A DNA stretch of 64,000 nucleotides from Octopus vulgaris (GCA_951406725.2 OX597819.1:104284001-104348000); one strand, 5' to 3'. Positions 14,100 to 28,889 are shown, counted from the first letter of the stretch. The notes: a model not told the origin generated them from the sequence alone. Numbers and translations: made by a program.

Positions 14100-15804
14100 C
14101 AGACATGCCAAACTCCCGGCCCGCGAGCCACTTCTAGCCCGTGCAGCAATTTCATCCGGCCCGCGGGACCATTTTGATATCAGCATGAAATTGGTCCAAA
14201 TGGCGGCATCAGCAAATAGAGTACTTTGCTGCCCTCAGCAACACCCACGCCTTCTTGTTACAACTACACATACATAATGTGTGGCTAAAGCAGGCCATTC
14301 CATTATATATAGCACTGACTACACTACCTTTCTTACTGAGAGTGTCACCAAATAATTTAATACACGACTTGAAACAACACCACCGTAGCTATTACACTCT
14401 GTCTGTACAAAAAAAGCACATTAAAAGGCATGATCATACAATGACAAGTCTTAATTGTAACTGCAACAGAGCATGCTGGGAAATGCCTCCTTCGATCCTC
14501 TAATCGCGTGTTGAGAAGTGCTGATGACGCAAAATCTACTAATCCCATAATGCACCGCAACAGCCACCTTACCACTCTTTCAAATCCGGTGGGAAACTGA
14601 GTACATGTTTACTGACACTGATGGCAAACCTGTGTGTCTTAATTGTGGGGCTAATGTTGCTGTACTCAAAGCGTATAACCTCAAATGCCACTACTAGACA
14701 AATCATGAGTACAAGTATAAATACTTCACTACTGAGCAGAAGCAACGAAAGGTAGACGAGTTGAAGAAGAATCTCTCATTACAACATACTTTTTTAGCCA
14801 AAGCAAAATCACAATGTGAAGCTGCTGTTAAAGCAAGTTTTGTTGTGGCAGAAGAGATCGTAAAATCAGCCCAGCCATTTACCAAAGGAGAGTTTGTGAA
14901 GAGCTACGGGATGAAAATGTGTGACGGTTTGTGTCCAGACAAGAAGCAACTGCTTGCTAATGTGAGTATTAGCAGAAATACGGTAGCTGACTGGGTGTGC
15001 GAAATGGTCAATGATTTGAAAACACAGTTGATTGAAAATGGAAAAGATTTTGTCGTATACTCTTTTGCTGTAGATGAGACTACCGACACGACTGATACGA
15101 CACATCTGGCTGTCTTCATCCGTGGAATGGACTCCAATTTGTTCGTCATGGAGGAAATTTTGGACATTAAGTCAATGCATGGGACAACAAGAGGAAAGGA
15201 CTTTTTTGAAAAGATATGTCAGAGTGTAACCGACATGAAACTGCCTTGGGACAAACTTGTTGGACTTACATCAGATGGAGCACCGGCGATGTGCGGTGAA
15301 AAAAGTGGACAAGTGAGTAGCATACGTTTAAAGATGCAATAAGAGAACTGCGCTGGTGAGTTGATAACACATCTCTGCATCATACACCAGGAAACGTTGT
15401 GGGATAATGCCTTAAAAATGGAACATGTAATGAGCACTGTAACGAAAACCGTAAACATTATCCGAGCCACAGGATTAAATCACCGCCAATTTCAGTCTTT
15501 CCTGCGGGAAATACATTCAGAGTTTGGCGCTGTGCTTTATCATACGGAGGTGCGGTGGCTCAGTCGAAGATAGGTCCTCAATATAGTTTTTGAGCTGGTT
15601 GAGGAGATATGTCAGTTCAAGGACAGTAAATGAAAAGAATCCAAACTTCTGCGGCATGAAAAGTGGAAATGCGAGTTGGCGTTTCTGGTTGACATAACTG
15701 CGCATCTCAATGTTTTAAACATCCAGCTTCAGGCACGGTATCGCATGATCTGTGATATGTATGTGAAGGAATTTCAAGTGAAGCTGCACTTATGAGAGAC
15801 ACAA
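14100..15804 (+). mobile_element. hAT (Charlie/SPIN, GTF2IRD2-like) DNA transposon, decayed and 3'-truncated
   Basis: 5' end CAGACATGCCAAACTCCCGGCCCGCG preceded by CTCTAGAG (NTCTAGAN, the typical Charlie 8-bp target site). Transposase remnants: BED-like [64 protein letters not shown]; several in-frame stops. Confidence 0.9.
14578..15804 (+). pseudogene. hAT transposase pseudogene
   Basis: ORF pieces 14761-15342 and 15361-15573 separated by stop codons (TAG at about 14695, TAA 15340, TAG 15571). Confidence 0.88.
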
Positions 15805-16860
15805 TGTTTAGCCCCTTGTGGGCAATAAAGAAATAAGAAACGTTAGCACGCTGGGAGAAATGCTTAGCAGTATTTCGTCTGTCTTTATGTTCTGAGTCCA
15901 AATCCAGCCGAGGTCAACTTCGCCTTTCATCCTTTCGAGGTCGATAAATTAAGTACCACTTGCGTATTGGGGTCGATCTAATCAACCGGTCCCTTCCTCC
16001 AAATTTCGGGCCTTGAACCTAGAGTAGAAAAGAATATTCAAAGGGCGGCTAGCTGGCAGAATCGTTAGCATGCCGGGCGAAATGCTTAGCGGTATTTCGT
16101 CTGCTGCTATGTTCAGAGTTCAAATTCCGCCGAGGTCGACTTTGCCTTTCATCCTTTCGGGGTCGATTAAATAAGTACCAGTTACGCACTGGAGTCGATA
16201 TGATCGACTTAATCCGTTTGTCTGTCCTTGTTTGTCCCCTCTGTGTTTAGCCCCTTGTGGGTAGCAAAGAAATAGGTATTTCGTCTGCGGGAAGGCGGCG
16301 AGCTGGCAGAAACGTTAGCACGCCGGGCAAAACGCTTAGCGGTATTTCGTCTGCGTTACGTTGTGAGTTCAAATTCCGCCGAGGTCGACTTTGCCTTTCA
16401 TCCTTTCGGGGTCGATAAATTAAGTACCAGTTACGCACTGGGGTCGATGTAATGGACTTAATACCTATGTCTGTCCTTGTTTGTCCACTCTTTGTTTAGC
16501 CCCTTGTGGGTAATAAAGAAATAGGTATCTCGTCTGCCGCTACGTTCTGAGTTCAAATTCCGCCGAGGTCGACTTTGCCTTTCATCCTTTCGGGGTCGAT
16601 AAATTAAGTACCAGTTACGCACTGGGGTCGATATAATCGACTTAATTTGTTTGTCTGTCCTCTCTGTGTTTAGCCCTTTGTGGGTAGTAAAAAAATAGGC
16701 ATTTCGTCTGCGTTTACGTTCTGAGTTCAAATTCCGCCGAGGTCGACTTTCCCTTTCGGGGTCAATAAATTAAGTACCAGCTGCGTACTGGGGTCAATCT
16801 AATCGACAGGCCCCCTCCTCCAAAATTTCGGGTCATGTGCCTAGAGTAGAAAAGAATATT
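15805..16860 (+). mobile_element. Tandem array of Meta-domain-like tRNA SINEs (about 5 bodies)
   Basis: Near-identical repeats of GAGTTCAAATTCCGCCGAGGTCGACTTTGCCTTTCATCCTTTCGGGGTCGAT..AAGTACCAGTTACGCACTGGGGTCGAT. Confidence 0.9.
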
Positions 16861-17164
16861 GTGGAGGTGGCTATTATAGTAGATTGCTGGATTCAATGTG
16901 TTTTTTTTCTTTCTCGGTTCTACGAATCAAATAATATTCAGTTTTAATTACGTTTAGCCATTCACAGATCAAATTGTAAGATGTAAAAATAAAGGGATAA
17001 ATATTTAAGTTACCGTGTACCCGCTTGAAAATTTACTGGGGCGGCATTGTAGTTGGTTATATACTTGACTTTTAACGAGCAAATTCACTTCACTTCAAAA
17101 TTGTTTCTACAACGTAGAATATTTCAGTCGTGGAAATGAGATTCGTTAAATGAATGAATTAATA

Positions 17165-17910
17165 TTGGTTTCACACTTTGGCTCATGATTGGTCAGTAAT
17201 TTCGAAGGATAGGGTAAGTCGAGCACATCGACCCTAGTGAGTGATCAACTAGTAGTTATTTTATTGACCTATTCTGCCAGTTCGCCGCCTTGATATTTCT
17301 TTCTACTATAAGCACAAAGCCTGGAATTTCGGTTCAGGGGATAAGTCGATTACATCGACTCTGATGTTCAACTGGTACTTATTTTATCGACCCCAAGAGA
17401 ATGAATCTCAGAACATAAGGACGGACGAAATGCCACAAAGCATTTTGCCCGGCGTGCTAACGATTCTGCCAGATTTCCTCCTTTATTAATGAATTGATAT
17501 TCATTTCAAATTTTGGCACAAGGCCTGCAATTTCGAGGGAGGGGCTAAGTCGATTACACCGATCTCAGTGCTCAACTGGTACCTACCTTATGGACCCCGA
17601 AAGGATGAAAGGCAAAGTCGACCTCGGGGGAGATTGAACTCAGAACATAAAGACGGACGAAGATAAAGCTTTTTGCTCGGCGTTCCAACGATTCAACCAG
17701 CTCGCCGCCTTAACTAATGAATGAATATGTTTTTGATATGTTTTCGGTTTGTGTTTTGGTATTGAAATATTGGGTTCAAATTTTGTTACATGACCAGCAA
17801 GTTCGGAAGTGAGTTTATGACGATTACATCAACCCAAGTGCTCAACTGGTACTTGTTTTATCGACCTCGAAAGGATGAAAGGCAAAGTCGTCGAACTCAG
17901 CGGAATTTGA
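17165..17910 (-). mobile_element. Older, diverged copies of the same SINE family in reverse orientation (about 4 units)
   Basis: Repeated CAACTGGTAC..TTATCGACCCCGAAAGGATGAAAGGCAAAGTCGAC and CAGCTCGCCGCC. Confidence 0.8.
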
Positions 17911-18633
17911 TTGTATTGAAATATTACCTATAATTAAGATTTGCAAAGATACAAGATCAGGAATTGACTGTCTTTAGCTGTGTCATTTTTATTGGACAGT
18001 GTTCTATTTAATATTTTCATTGGATATTTGTTTAAAAGAGTTGATATGTTGGTAAAATCGACTGTTGAACATTTTATCGTGATACTTATATAAGTGCTTA
18101 ATACTTTCTTTTTATATTTTTTTTGCTATTAGAAACAGCGCAGAAACATCTTAAGTTTGTTAAATATCAATGTTCCAGACAACAAAGGTTTGATTTTATG
18201 CCATTGAAAAGTGCGCCCTTGGTGTTATGCAATATAATTACCGGCATAATATGTGATTTGGGACCGCAATGAACTTTAATATTAGACTTATTGAAAATAT
18301 GCTTGAACGCATACACATTTGGAGCCTGTTTCAAAATCCGAAGAGTAAGTTCCTGAAATAGTTCGTCAAATTTCTCTGCAAAATAGCTTCCTGGTTTTAG
18401 CTAACTGGCCGCTTAATGAGTTTAGTGAGTGAAGTTTAGTCTTTTTGTCTTTGTAGAATTAAGTAATAGTCATAGTTGAGTATAGCTCTTGATACTGCTA
18501 TATTAAGAACAGAAACCAGCCTGATAGTATATATGTTTTAAGAAATCAATATAAAATATATGGATGTATGTTATGTCAATGCATTTATGAAGTACCTGAT
18601 TTATTTTTGACAACATGGGTATACTAGAGTATG

Positions 18634-18692
<59 letters not shown>

Positions 18693-18839
18693 GAGTCCAT
18701 CTGTCTGTCTGTCTGTCTATCTAAGAAATCTATCTGCCAACGAGTCTGCCTGTTTATCTATCTATGTATCTGTTTGTTTGTCCGTCCGTCCGTCCGTCCA
18801 TCCATCCATCCATCCATCCATCCATCCATCCATCCATCC

Positions 18840-18904
<65 letters not shown>

Positions 18905-20116
18905 AGTCAAATATATTTTAAAAAATTCAACGTAATAGAAATCCTATAGATGCACGTATAGTTAGAAATGATGTGGATATTTTCCTGCAAGAGAATCTAT
19001 GGCTGAAAGTGTTGAGCTCAATTCGTTAACCTTTACGTTAAAAGTATCAAGATGTAATTTTCATTTTACTCGTATTTATGATACCGTTTCGAATTTTAGT
19101 TGAGACGAACGTTCCCAGTAACTGTCTGATGTTTGCCAAAAATTTATTAAATTCCCATTATTAACATATCTATTTAAAAATTTTCCATTTCTACCCTATC
19201 TGTGTACTAGGGACCTATTGTTCGGCCAGTGCTGACAACATTTCTCCAGCTTTTTATTTGCACTTTATTTAGTTGTTCATTTAATTGTTTATGTATTTAA
19301 TTATTTTGTTATTACGGTTGTTTCTTTTACATATCCATAATCTTGTCTGTCCTTCTTTCTTTCTCTCAATTTCTCCTCACCTTTTCACCATCTCCTCTGC
19401 CAAACTCTGTCTTCTTCATCTCCCTCCTTTTTTTATTTTGATGTTGCTAATCTTAGCTTACAATACTTTCACTTCCATTTTTAGGTTCGCCGACCTCCCC
19501 CTCCTCCTCCTCCTCCTTATGATGATGATGATGATCATCATCATCATCACTATTGTTATTATCATTATATTTTCTCTTAGTAAAAAAAAAGAAAACCCCA
19601 AAACATCACAAACGCCACCTTTGCCGCCAGCATTTCTATCACCAACAGTATCAACAGCTGACAAATACTAGCAACAACCCCAGTAAGCACATCTGTAACC
19701 AATGTTCAAGTGTAGGCGCAGTAACGGTACCACCACCATCACCACCACTACCACCGGCAGTACCCTCATCATCAATGAAAAGCATTGAAAATCAGTTTTA
19801 TATATATATGTTTTTATTTTTTTTTTTTTCTATCAACAAATTCTAGAGACGAGATGGGAATAAGCAACAATTGAAGCGAGGTTGAAGAATTCCGAAGACA
19901 TGTCAAAGAATCAAGGAACAACTTCAATATAGATTTGATGTCTACATAAACCATTCTTCTATACAGAGCATATAATCTTGTTTACCGCAATATCTCAGAT
20001 AAAGCATAACGCGTACCTATGTACTTACCTAATTATATATGTATTTACATATACTTACGTTCCTACATACATACATACATATATTTATATATGTATGTAT
20101 TCTTATATATATATAA

Positions 20117-20163
<47 letters not shown>

Positions 20164-20234
20164 CATACATGTACACATATGTATGTATATAAGAATATAT
20201 ATATACACACAAAGAAATATGCATAAATAAACAT

Positions 20235-20288
<54 letters not shown>

Positions 20289-20370
20289 TACATCATGTAT
20301 ATATATATATGTTTACTAAATCTTCTATATGTATATATGTATGTATATGAACGTAGGTATGTACACGCAA

Positions 20371-20407
<37 letters not shown>

Positions 20408-21089
20408 TATATAAAGGGCATACAAAAGTTTTTGGCTTTTCTGCAAAGACCTCGGGTTCTAAGTTAATATTAATGAAAGAATAACGTCAACAACAATTAC
20501 AACAACAACAAAAAACATTATCAACAAAAAGAAAACAGTAACAACCACAAAAACAGTAAACATAACAGCACCAGCAGCAGCAGCAGTAACAACAACAACA
20601 ACAACAACAAAAGCGACAACAACAACAACAACAATAACAACAGCTACAACACAAACAAAAGCAATCAAAGACAAATTTCGTGTTTCCCGCCGGCAGATGA
20701 AAATCTTTGTTAGCCGACAACAATACAAACTAACACATACATTTTTATGTTTGTGTGTTTTTGTGTGCGTACACAATTGTATGTGTGTGAGCGAGCAAAT
20801 ACACACACACCCACATACACACACACACACGCAAGCTATATACCTATATATATATAAACATACATGAACATACAAATATGTAGAGTAACAAATTATATTC
20901 CCATATACGCACATTTCATTAATGAAAAACCGAATAGTTTTCGCTCGCCATCTCTAATATTGTGTATCTGCATACGTATATGTGTGTATGTTGCACGTGT
21001 GTGGTTGCGTTTCTGTGCATGCGCGTGTATAAATACATATAGAAATATATTTATAAGTATATAACATATATAAACACAAATATGTCTAC

Positions 21090-21209
<120 letters not shown>

Positions 21210-21224
21210 GTATGTATATATATT

Positions 21225-21255
<31 letters not shown>

Positions 21256-21571
21256 ATATATTCGTATATGTATGAAGCGTACCTATGTATACAATTTTTG
21301 TGTTTATATTTTCAAATAAATACGGAAAACAAACATTGGCAGGCAAAGAAAAACGTGAGACAGAGGAAGCAAAAGGTGAATTAATAATACTCACACAAAC
21401 ACACGCCACATACACACGTAATCACTTCCGCAAATACATATACCCACGCATAAATGTATGTGCGTATGAGTGTACGTGTGTGTTTACTTGCATACAAACG
21501 AATTTGCTAAAGGAAAAACGCGACATATACATAATGTGCGAAAATAGCGATAGATAAATACACAGTCACAA

Positions 21572-21607
<36 letters not shown>

Positions 21608-21671
21608 TTATTTATGTACATATATACACACACACACATATATAGATACATATAAAAGTATACACACATAA

Positions 21672-21714
<43 letters not shown>

Positions 21715-21750
21715 TATATACCATATATCAACATAATAATAATAATCATA

Positions 21751-21823
<73 letters not shown>

Positions 21824-22057
21824 GTATACTTATGTGTGTGTGTTTGTATCCATGTGTGTACGCGTGTGTGTGTAAAGATAGATAGATAGATAGGTCGATA
21901 GCTGGATAGGTAGATAGATAGATAGGTCGATAGCTGGATAGGTAGATAGATAGATAGGTCGATAGCTGGATAGGTAGATAGATAGATAGATAGATAGATA
22001 CATACATACATACATACATACATAGATAGATAGATACATACATACATACATACATAA

Positions 22058-22159
<102 letters not shown>

Positions 22160-22430
22160 TAAGATATAAGAATATTGGAGAAACTCTACAAATAGAGCCG
22201 GAGAGAATGTGAGATAAAGGGAAGTATTGAAATACACACACAGGGAGAAATATACTGATAGATAAATAGAGGAAATTGAAGACAATGCTGGTTGTAACAC
22301 GCATATTTAAGATGGCCTTCCGTGACTTGGCTAAATGACGGTTTTATACACCGGGGCAGATGCGCTGTGAAGAAAAAGATTTGGTTGAGGCATCCATCTT
22401 GCTTCACGCAGGAAACAGTATTAGCCTCTA

Positions 22431-22505
<75 letters not shown>

Positions 22506-23067
22506 ATATATATATACACATACGTATATATATGTACATATACATATATATGTACATATACATATATACACACACATATATGCTCCTATATGTACACGTA
22601 GATATACATATACAAATACATACATATATGTATATATATAATATATACACATATATATCTATATGCTATTATCATTATTATTATTATTGTTGTTGCTATT
22701 ATTATTATTATGATTATTATTATCATTATTGCTATTTGTATTATTATTGTTATTGTTGTCGTTGTTGTTGTTATTTTGATTTTTGTAGTTGGTTATTTTC
22801 TCCCTCTTTTCATTTCATTTTTATCTATTTATTTCTATTGTCAAAACATAGATTCTGGAGCATAATTTGCAATTGTAAAAGCTCTATAATTCGGAAACTC
22901 ACTTCAAGTGAAGTCCGTGCATAGAATCGTATTGTTTCTGGACATGTGCGTGCGTGTATATGTATGTGTAAACGGGTGCATATATGTACATGTGGCACAA
23001 ACACACGCACATATACATCTATATATAAATATCTCTCTATATATATATCAACTTATAAAATGATACA

Positions 23068-23121
<54 letters not shown>

Positions 23122-23184
23122 CATTTATATATATATATACATATATATATATCATATATATATATATATATATCATATATCTAT

Positions 23185-23225
<41 letters not shown>

Positions 23226-23682
23226 GTACACACATACATGCACACACATATAGATGTATGTATATGCGTACACGCACACATATCCATATATGTCTGTGTG
23301 GGTGTATATGTGTGTATGTTTGTATTTAATTGTTAACATATTTTTTCTTTATGAAGGAAATAGCTCTTTTAATATCTATCCTTATGTCTTGTGGTTGTGA
23401 CTTTTCACATTGTTGTGCTGGTTGTTAATGTTGTTGTTGTTTTTGTTACTGTTCTTATTGTTCTTGTCTTTGTTGTTGCTGTCCGTCGCTTTGTATTTTG
23501 TTTGTATTTTTGAAAAAAAACCCAGAAAACAAATAAATTATAAAAATAGTACAAAAAGCAAACAAACAAACAAACAAACATGTAACGAATGATATAAATT
23601 GCTGGTGAAGAGATGCAACCCTGAAGGAAAATTATTATTATTATTGCGATTGCCATTGTTGTTCGTGCTGTTGTTGTTGTTG

Positions 23683-23767
<85 letters not shown>

Positions 23768-24076
23768 GATTATATACATATATTTTTTTAAAGATTTTGT
23801 TGATGCTTTTGCTGAAGAAAGAAGCTGAACTTCACATCCAAATCTCACTAAAGAACAGAAACACACGTTTGTATTATGCATGCGTACACACTTACACACA
23901 TACACACACACTCACACAGACCTGCGCAAGCGCACACACACGCACACACACAGATATATGCATATATATATATATATATACATACATGTATATGTACATA
24001 TATCTGTATATGAATATATATCCATGTATATATCTATCTATGTGTATATATACTCATATGTCTATATATTTGTAAT

Positions 24077-24109
<33 letters not shown>

Positions 24110-24250
24110 GAATGGACATATGTATGTATGCACACACAGAGATTACTGATAGGCAATATACGTGCGAAATGCACATAGAAAAAATATATTATGTACATAA
24201 GTATATCTTTATATCGAATGATAAACACAAGATATGTATTTGAACACAAA

Positions 24251-24324
<74 letters not shown>

Positions 24325-24368
24325 CCTATCTATTTACCTACCTACCTATCTATCTATATATATAGTCA

Positions 24369-24425
<57 letters not shown>

Positions 24426-24967
24426 GCATATATGTACATGTACATTTGCATACACATAGACATATGCACACACAGACACATATATACATGTATATATATG
24501 TACAATGAGAAGAAAGAAGCAATTTTGCTATTCTCTTAGTCTCATGTTCATAAGGGATTCAAGAATGTCAGTACACAACATATACATAGTTGTGTATGTA
24601 TGTGTGTACATGTAAACACATATACATACACATATATTTGTATATGGATACGTACAAAGATACATAGTTACATATATACATTCATACATACACGTAGAAA
24701 GCCAAAAACTGAGAATACCACCTACACGTGAGTTTTTGTTTCTGAGCAGATGCCAAATTTATACAAATATAAGGCAGTTGTTGAAACATTTTTCGTCATA
24801 TGAAGTACATACATTAGCTTATTAGTGGACTCATATATCATACAGTTACATACACCCACGCACTTACATACACTCATACACATACATACACACAAACACA
24901 TGTATAAATGCATGCATAATCATATACATATATTTCACTACATATACATATATATAACTATGCCTCT

Positions 24968-25018
<51 letters not shown>

Positions 25019-25244
25019 AATAAGGGTACTAGATTGCACCAGTTTTGCTAGAAATAGAAGTCAAAATCGACTCAATTGGCCAGAAGCACTGGAAGTTAGC
25101 AAGGTGATGAAATCGCGGATGTGAGGGAAAATAACTATCAAGTAGCCTTAGATATGTATATATTGCCTTTCACCTTTTTTTGCTAACTAGCCACCAATAT
25201 TATGGTGACTGGCTATATATGATTGAATATACAAGCAAAGAAAT

Positions 25245-28200
25245 AAGATGAAAAGGCACAAGATTTGTTTTAAAAGACTAAAGAATATATTAGAATCATA
25301 ATAGTAAAAGTATTATACAATACTGTACAAAATAAGAATTTTTCTTCCGACATAATAACCGGTTTCGTTATCGCTTTCAAACTATGAGTTTTGGAAGAAT
25401 TTCTGAATTACACATTTTGTTTGCTAAGGGGGCTAATTGGTAACCAAAGTATTTTACAGCAAAGGGGAGGTAAATCTGTAATTTTTAACATTGGTTTACA
25501 TTTGATTTTTCAACAGTTGGGGTAAATCTTTAATTTTCAATATGGGTTTATCTTTAATTCCGGCTTATATTTTTCGATAAATGTGGCCTCTTTATTTAGT
25601 CGTACATGTGTTGAGATCCAAATAGCAAATTGATATAATGGGAAAATTGGGAATTGTGGTTGCAGCTCCTCTACGCATCTGTCAATGTATTCACTGAGAT
25701 ATATCAGGCGATATTGTGAGGAGGATATCTGTTGTCTGTAGACCGTACATCTCCGTCTGACCGATATTCCTGTCGATCCTATATAGTTTTTATGGCAGCC
25801 CGAGCTTCTAATAACATAAATGAGGTTTTCAGAGACACAAGTGAAGTTAGATTTAATTTTTCCCTTGTCTAAAATGGAATTCTCATCCTTCCAAAAGATT
25901 GGGGCATGTTCCGCAGTTTAGCCGACCACACTTTTTTTTACTCTTGCGCCCGTTATTCTTTAAAATAATTTAGCATTTCTCAGGATCTTCTTTAACGTCT
26001 TTGTTTGTTTACTACTTTTAATGATTTTATGGGTACGTAGTATTTCCTTCAGTTTGGGGTCTTCATGGAGTATCGGGAGATTTTGGACAACGATGTTAAA
26101 TGCTTCATTGTTTCTGAGATTGTATGTAGAGACATAAGGTAGTGCTTTCAGAGTAGGTATGTTATTGTATTCGATTTTTCTTAATGTTTTTATGTTAATC
26201 GATTTTGCAGCTTTAATCCTTTCATTTATGAGTTGAATTGGATAGTGTATGTTCTGGAGTATGTTTTTAAGCTCTTGCAATCTTAATTCTCTGTTATTTT
26301 TTTTCGGACACTATGGTGCAAATGTTTCTTGCAAGGTTGAAGGGGATATGTCTCAGGTAGCATGAGCCAAATAATAGATATTCTTTAGCACCTGTGGTTT
26401 TTTTTAAAATGTCCGTTTCTATTTTTTGTTTATTTTTTAAACTTGTATGTCTAGGAATGTGAGTTCCTATTGGTTGTGTTCCATTGTAAATTGTATGTTG
26501 GTGTTAATGCTATTAAGGAGTCTTTTGAATTCCAGTTTATGTATGTTGTCATTCCAGAGGATGAAGCAGTCGTCCAAAACTTTTCTCCAATTTTCTTTTT
26601 TGTATTAGGAGAGAGGGTTTCCAGCCTTAGAAAATGACTCCTGATATATTGTTATTTATAAATAGCCCATTGTTAGGTTGGTAATGGTCGGGGCTGCCCT
26701 GGTTCTCATGGCAATTCCGGAATTTTGGCGATAAACGGTGGTGTCTAACATGAAGTGGTTGTTTTGAAGGATGGATCTTACTGATTCGATTATAAAATCT
26801 TTGCTGATTCTTTCTGGTATTTCTTCTGGACATTTGTCCAGTCAGAACCAGATTGCTTCTATCCCATAATTAGGGAGTATGTTAGTGTATAGGTTTATCA
26901 CATAAAATGTAAACATGACTGTTTATTCCTTGACCTTTTCTGGTAGGTGAGTTAACATATCTAAGTCATCTCTAATATAAATTTTAATGTATTTTAGAAA
27001 AGGTTTCAGGAGTATTTCCACGAGGCAACTTAATCGATGTGTTTCCCAAGATTGTCCAGCTATTATGGGTAGTAATTTTAGGTCCTCTGGTGCTGGAGTA
27101 TGTATGCCTTTGTTGAATTTTTTATGGCTTTGTTTACAGTTTGGCTTCTGAGAATTTTCGATCGACCATTGAATAGGCTGGGCTTACATTTAAAGTTTGT
27201 TAAATAGTCTATTTATTTTTTGCTAAGTCTTTTCTGCGGATTTGGATTAGCGAAAAGGTTTTTCATTATTTTTTGGGGGTGTAATCATTGAAATTTTCAT
27301 GGTGTTCGTCATTATTTAGTATGGATACCTCTAGATTTTTGTAGTAGGATGTGTCCATTAACACTACTGCACTTCCTTTATCCGATTCTTTGATTGTTAT
27401 TTCTTCATTGATTTACAGTTCAGTAAGTTCTTTCCACTTGATGGTACTGAAGTTTGAAATATTTTTTTTGTTTGTGCAAGGGGTGATAGGGGAAGTTTTC
27501 GTGGTTTCAGAATTCGTAAATATCTTTATTTCTTTCTTTGAGGGGGATGTGTTCACTTCTGGTTTTGACTAGTGACTCATCTTCGCTATTGTAATTGACT
27601 AGTGCTTCTATAAGCCTTAATTTCCTGCAGAATTCTGAAATTCTGTCTTTGGCCTCATTTTGGTTAGCTCGGCGTGGTGCTGGGGTGAATTTTAACCCTT
27701 TAGATACGATATCGATCTTTTTGGTTGATAGGGATTTATATGACAGGTTGATTACCTTCGCTTTTTCCTGTGTATCGAGTTCAAACCTGTGTCTCGTTTT
27801 CTCTGGTCTGGGGCTAAAGAATGCTGGTTGGTATGAACTGTCCATGCAAAAGTAGGGGTTTGGCTTGGATGAGTGATGATGTTGTTGAATTGGATTGTTT
27901 TGTGTGTATGGGTCTCTGAGGGTTCTTTGTTTAGCATTGTGTGTGGCGCCCGGTGCCCTCGTCACCCCCTAGAAAGTTTCCAAATGCGCCCGGTCCCGTC
28001 CGAAATCTCTGGCGTGCGGGGTACTTCCACCCCTGCTATCACCCTGTGCCTCTTCTGCGTTTGAGGCAGGCCAGTAGCGCTGGGTCAAGGGCGACCATGC
28101 TTGGCACCAGATTTCCGCCCAAGTTGCATGCATGACAATAAGGGTTTATGGGATTGTTCTGTATTATGCTGTCATGCTTGGGGTGGTTTGTTTGTTGCTC

Positions 28201-28688
28201 AATTTCTGTTGGGTTTTTTTTTTTTGCTTTTTCTTCAAGAATTGAATTCCTCTTTGAAATCTAATTCATACCTTTGGAAGAAATTATCATTTTTTCCCAG
28301 CGTTGGAAGGAGTTTCTTTCTTCAGTTTCACATGCTTCCTTTCATAGATTAATAATACTTTCTAGTGAATGCCCGTTCGTGTGTTTGTTTATTTCCCTTT
28401 GCATCTCTTCGCCGATATTTTTGAAAGAATCAAGTGTAGACTAATAAATCAAATTACAGATTTACCTCCCCTGTACTCTAAAACATCTTGGTTACCAATA
28501 AATCTCCCTATCAAACAAAATGTCTAATTCAGAAATCCATCTAGAACTTATAATTTGAAAAGCGATAACGAAACCGGTTATTATGCTGGAATAAAATAAT
28601 CTTATTTTGTACAATATTGTATAAGACTTTAACTATTATGATTCTAATATATTCTTTCGCCTTTTAAAACACATCTGTATTTTTTCAA

Positions 28689-28690
<2 letters not shown>
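25245..28690 (-). mobile_element. Decayed Penelope-like element (Neptune-like) with a 3' terminal repeat and an inverted copy at its 5' end
   Basis: Minus-strand remnants: VINLSYKSLS..SKGLKFTPAP, IKESDKGSAVVLMD, WRKVLDDCFILW, FLDIQV, CGRLNCGTCP, FTCVSENLIYVIR..GCHKNYIG, FIEKYKPEL. Segments 25260-25495 and 28451-28690 are diverged inverted repeats of each other. Confidence 0.88.
28549..28585 (+). ncRNA. Minimal hammerhead motif, U3-A8 core variant, in the PLE inverted terminal repeat
   Basis: TATAAT-TTGAAAA-G-cgataa-C-GAAACCGGTT-ATTATG; stem I pairs; palindromic AACCGGTT stem III; degenerate partner at 25349-25386 (-). Confidence 0.55.
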
Positions 28691-28737
<47 letters not shown>

Positions 28738-28738
<1 letters not shown>

Positions 28739-28812
28739 CATAGAAATACAATAAGAGGCTTCCAAATAGGAAAGCCTTTCCTATTTGGAAGCCTCTTATT
28801 GTATTTCTATGT
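28738..28812. repeat. Perfect 37-bp-arm palindrome with a 1-nt centre, abutting (TA)n
   Basis: ACATAGAAATACAATAAGAGGCTTCCAAATAGGAAAG-C-CTTTCCTATTTGGAAGCCTCTTATTGTATTTCTATGT. Confidence 0.95.
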
Positions 28813-28889
28813 GAATAATATATAGTCTAATGACTAATTCGTTTTTGTGCTAGGCCACTGGTAATAATAATTTCTTATTACCCTATTGT

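Noticed and set aside
14761-15573. Host GTF2IRD2-like domesticated gene
   Set aside because: Multiple in-frame stops and a transposon-type terminus with a target-site motif
15805-16860. CRISPR-like array
   Set aside because: Units are 170-250-bp SINE bodies without unique spacers; eukaryotic context and no cas genes
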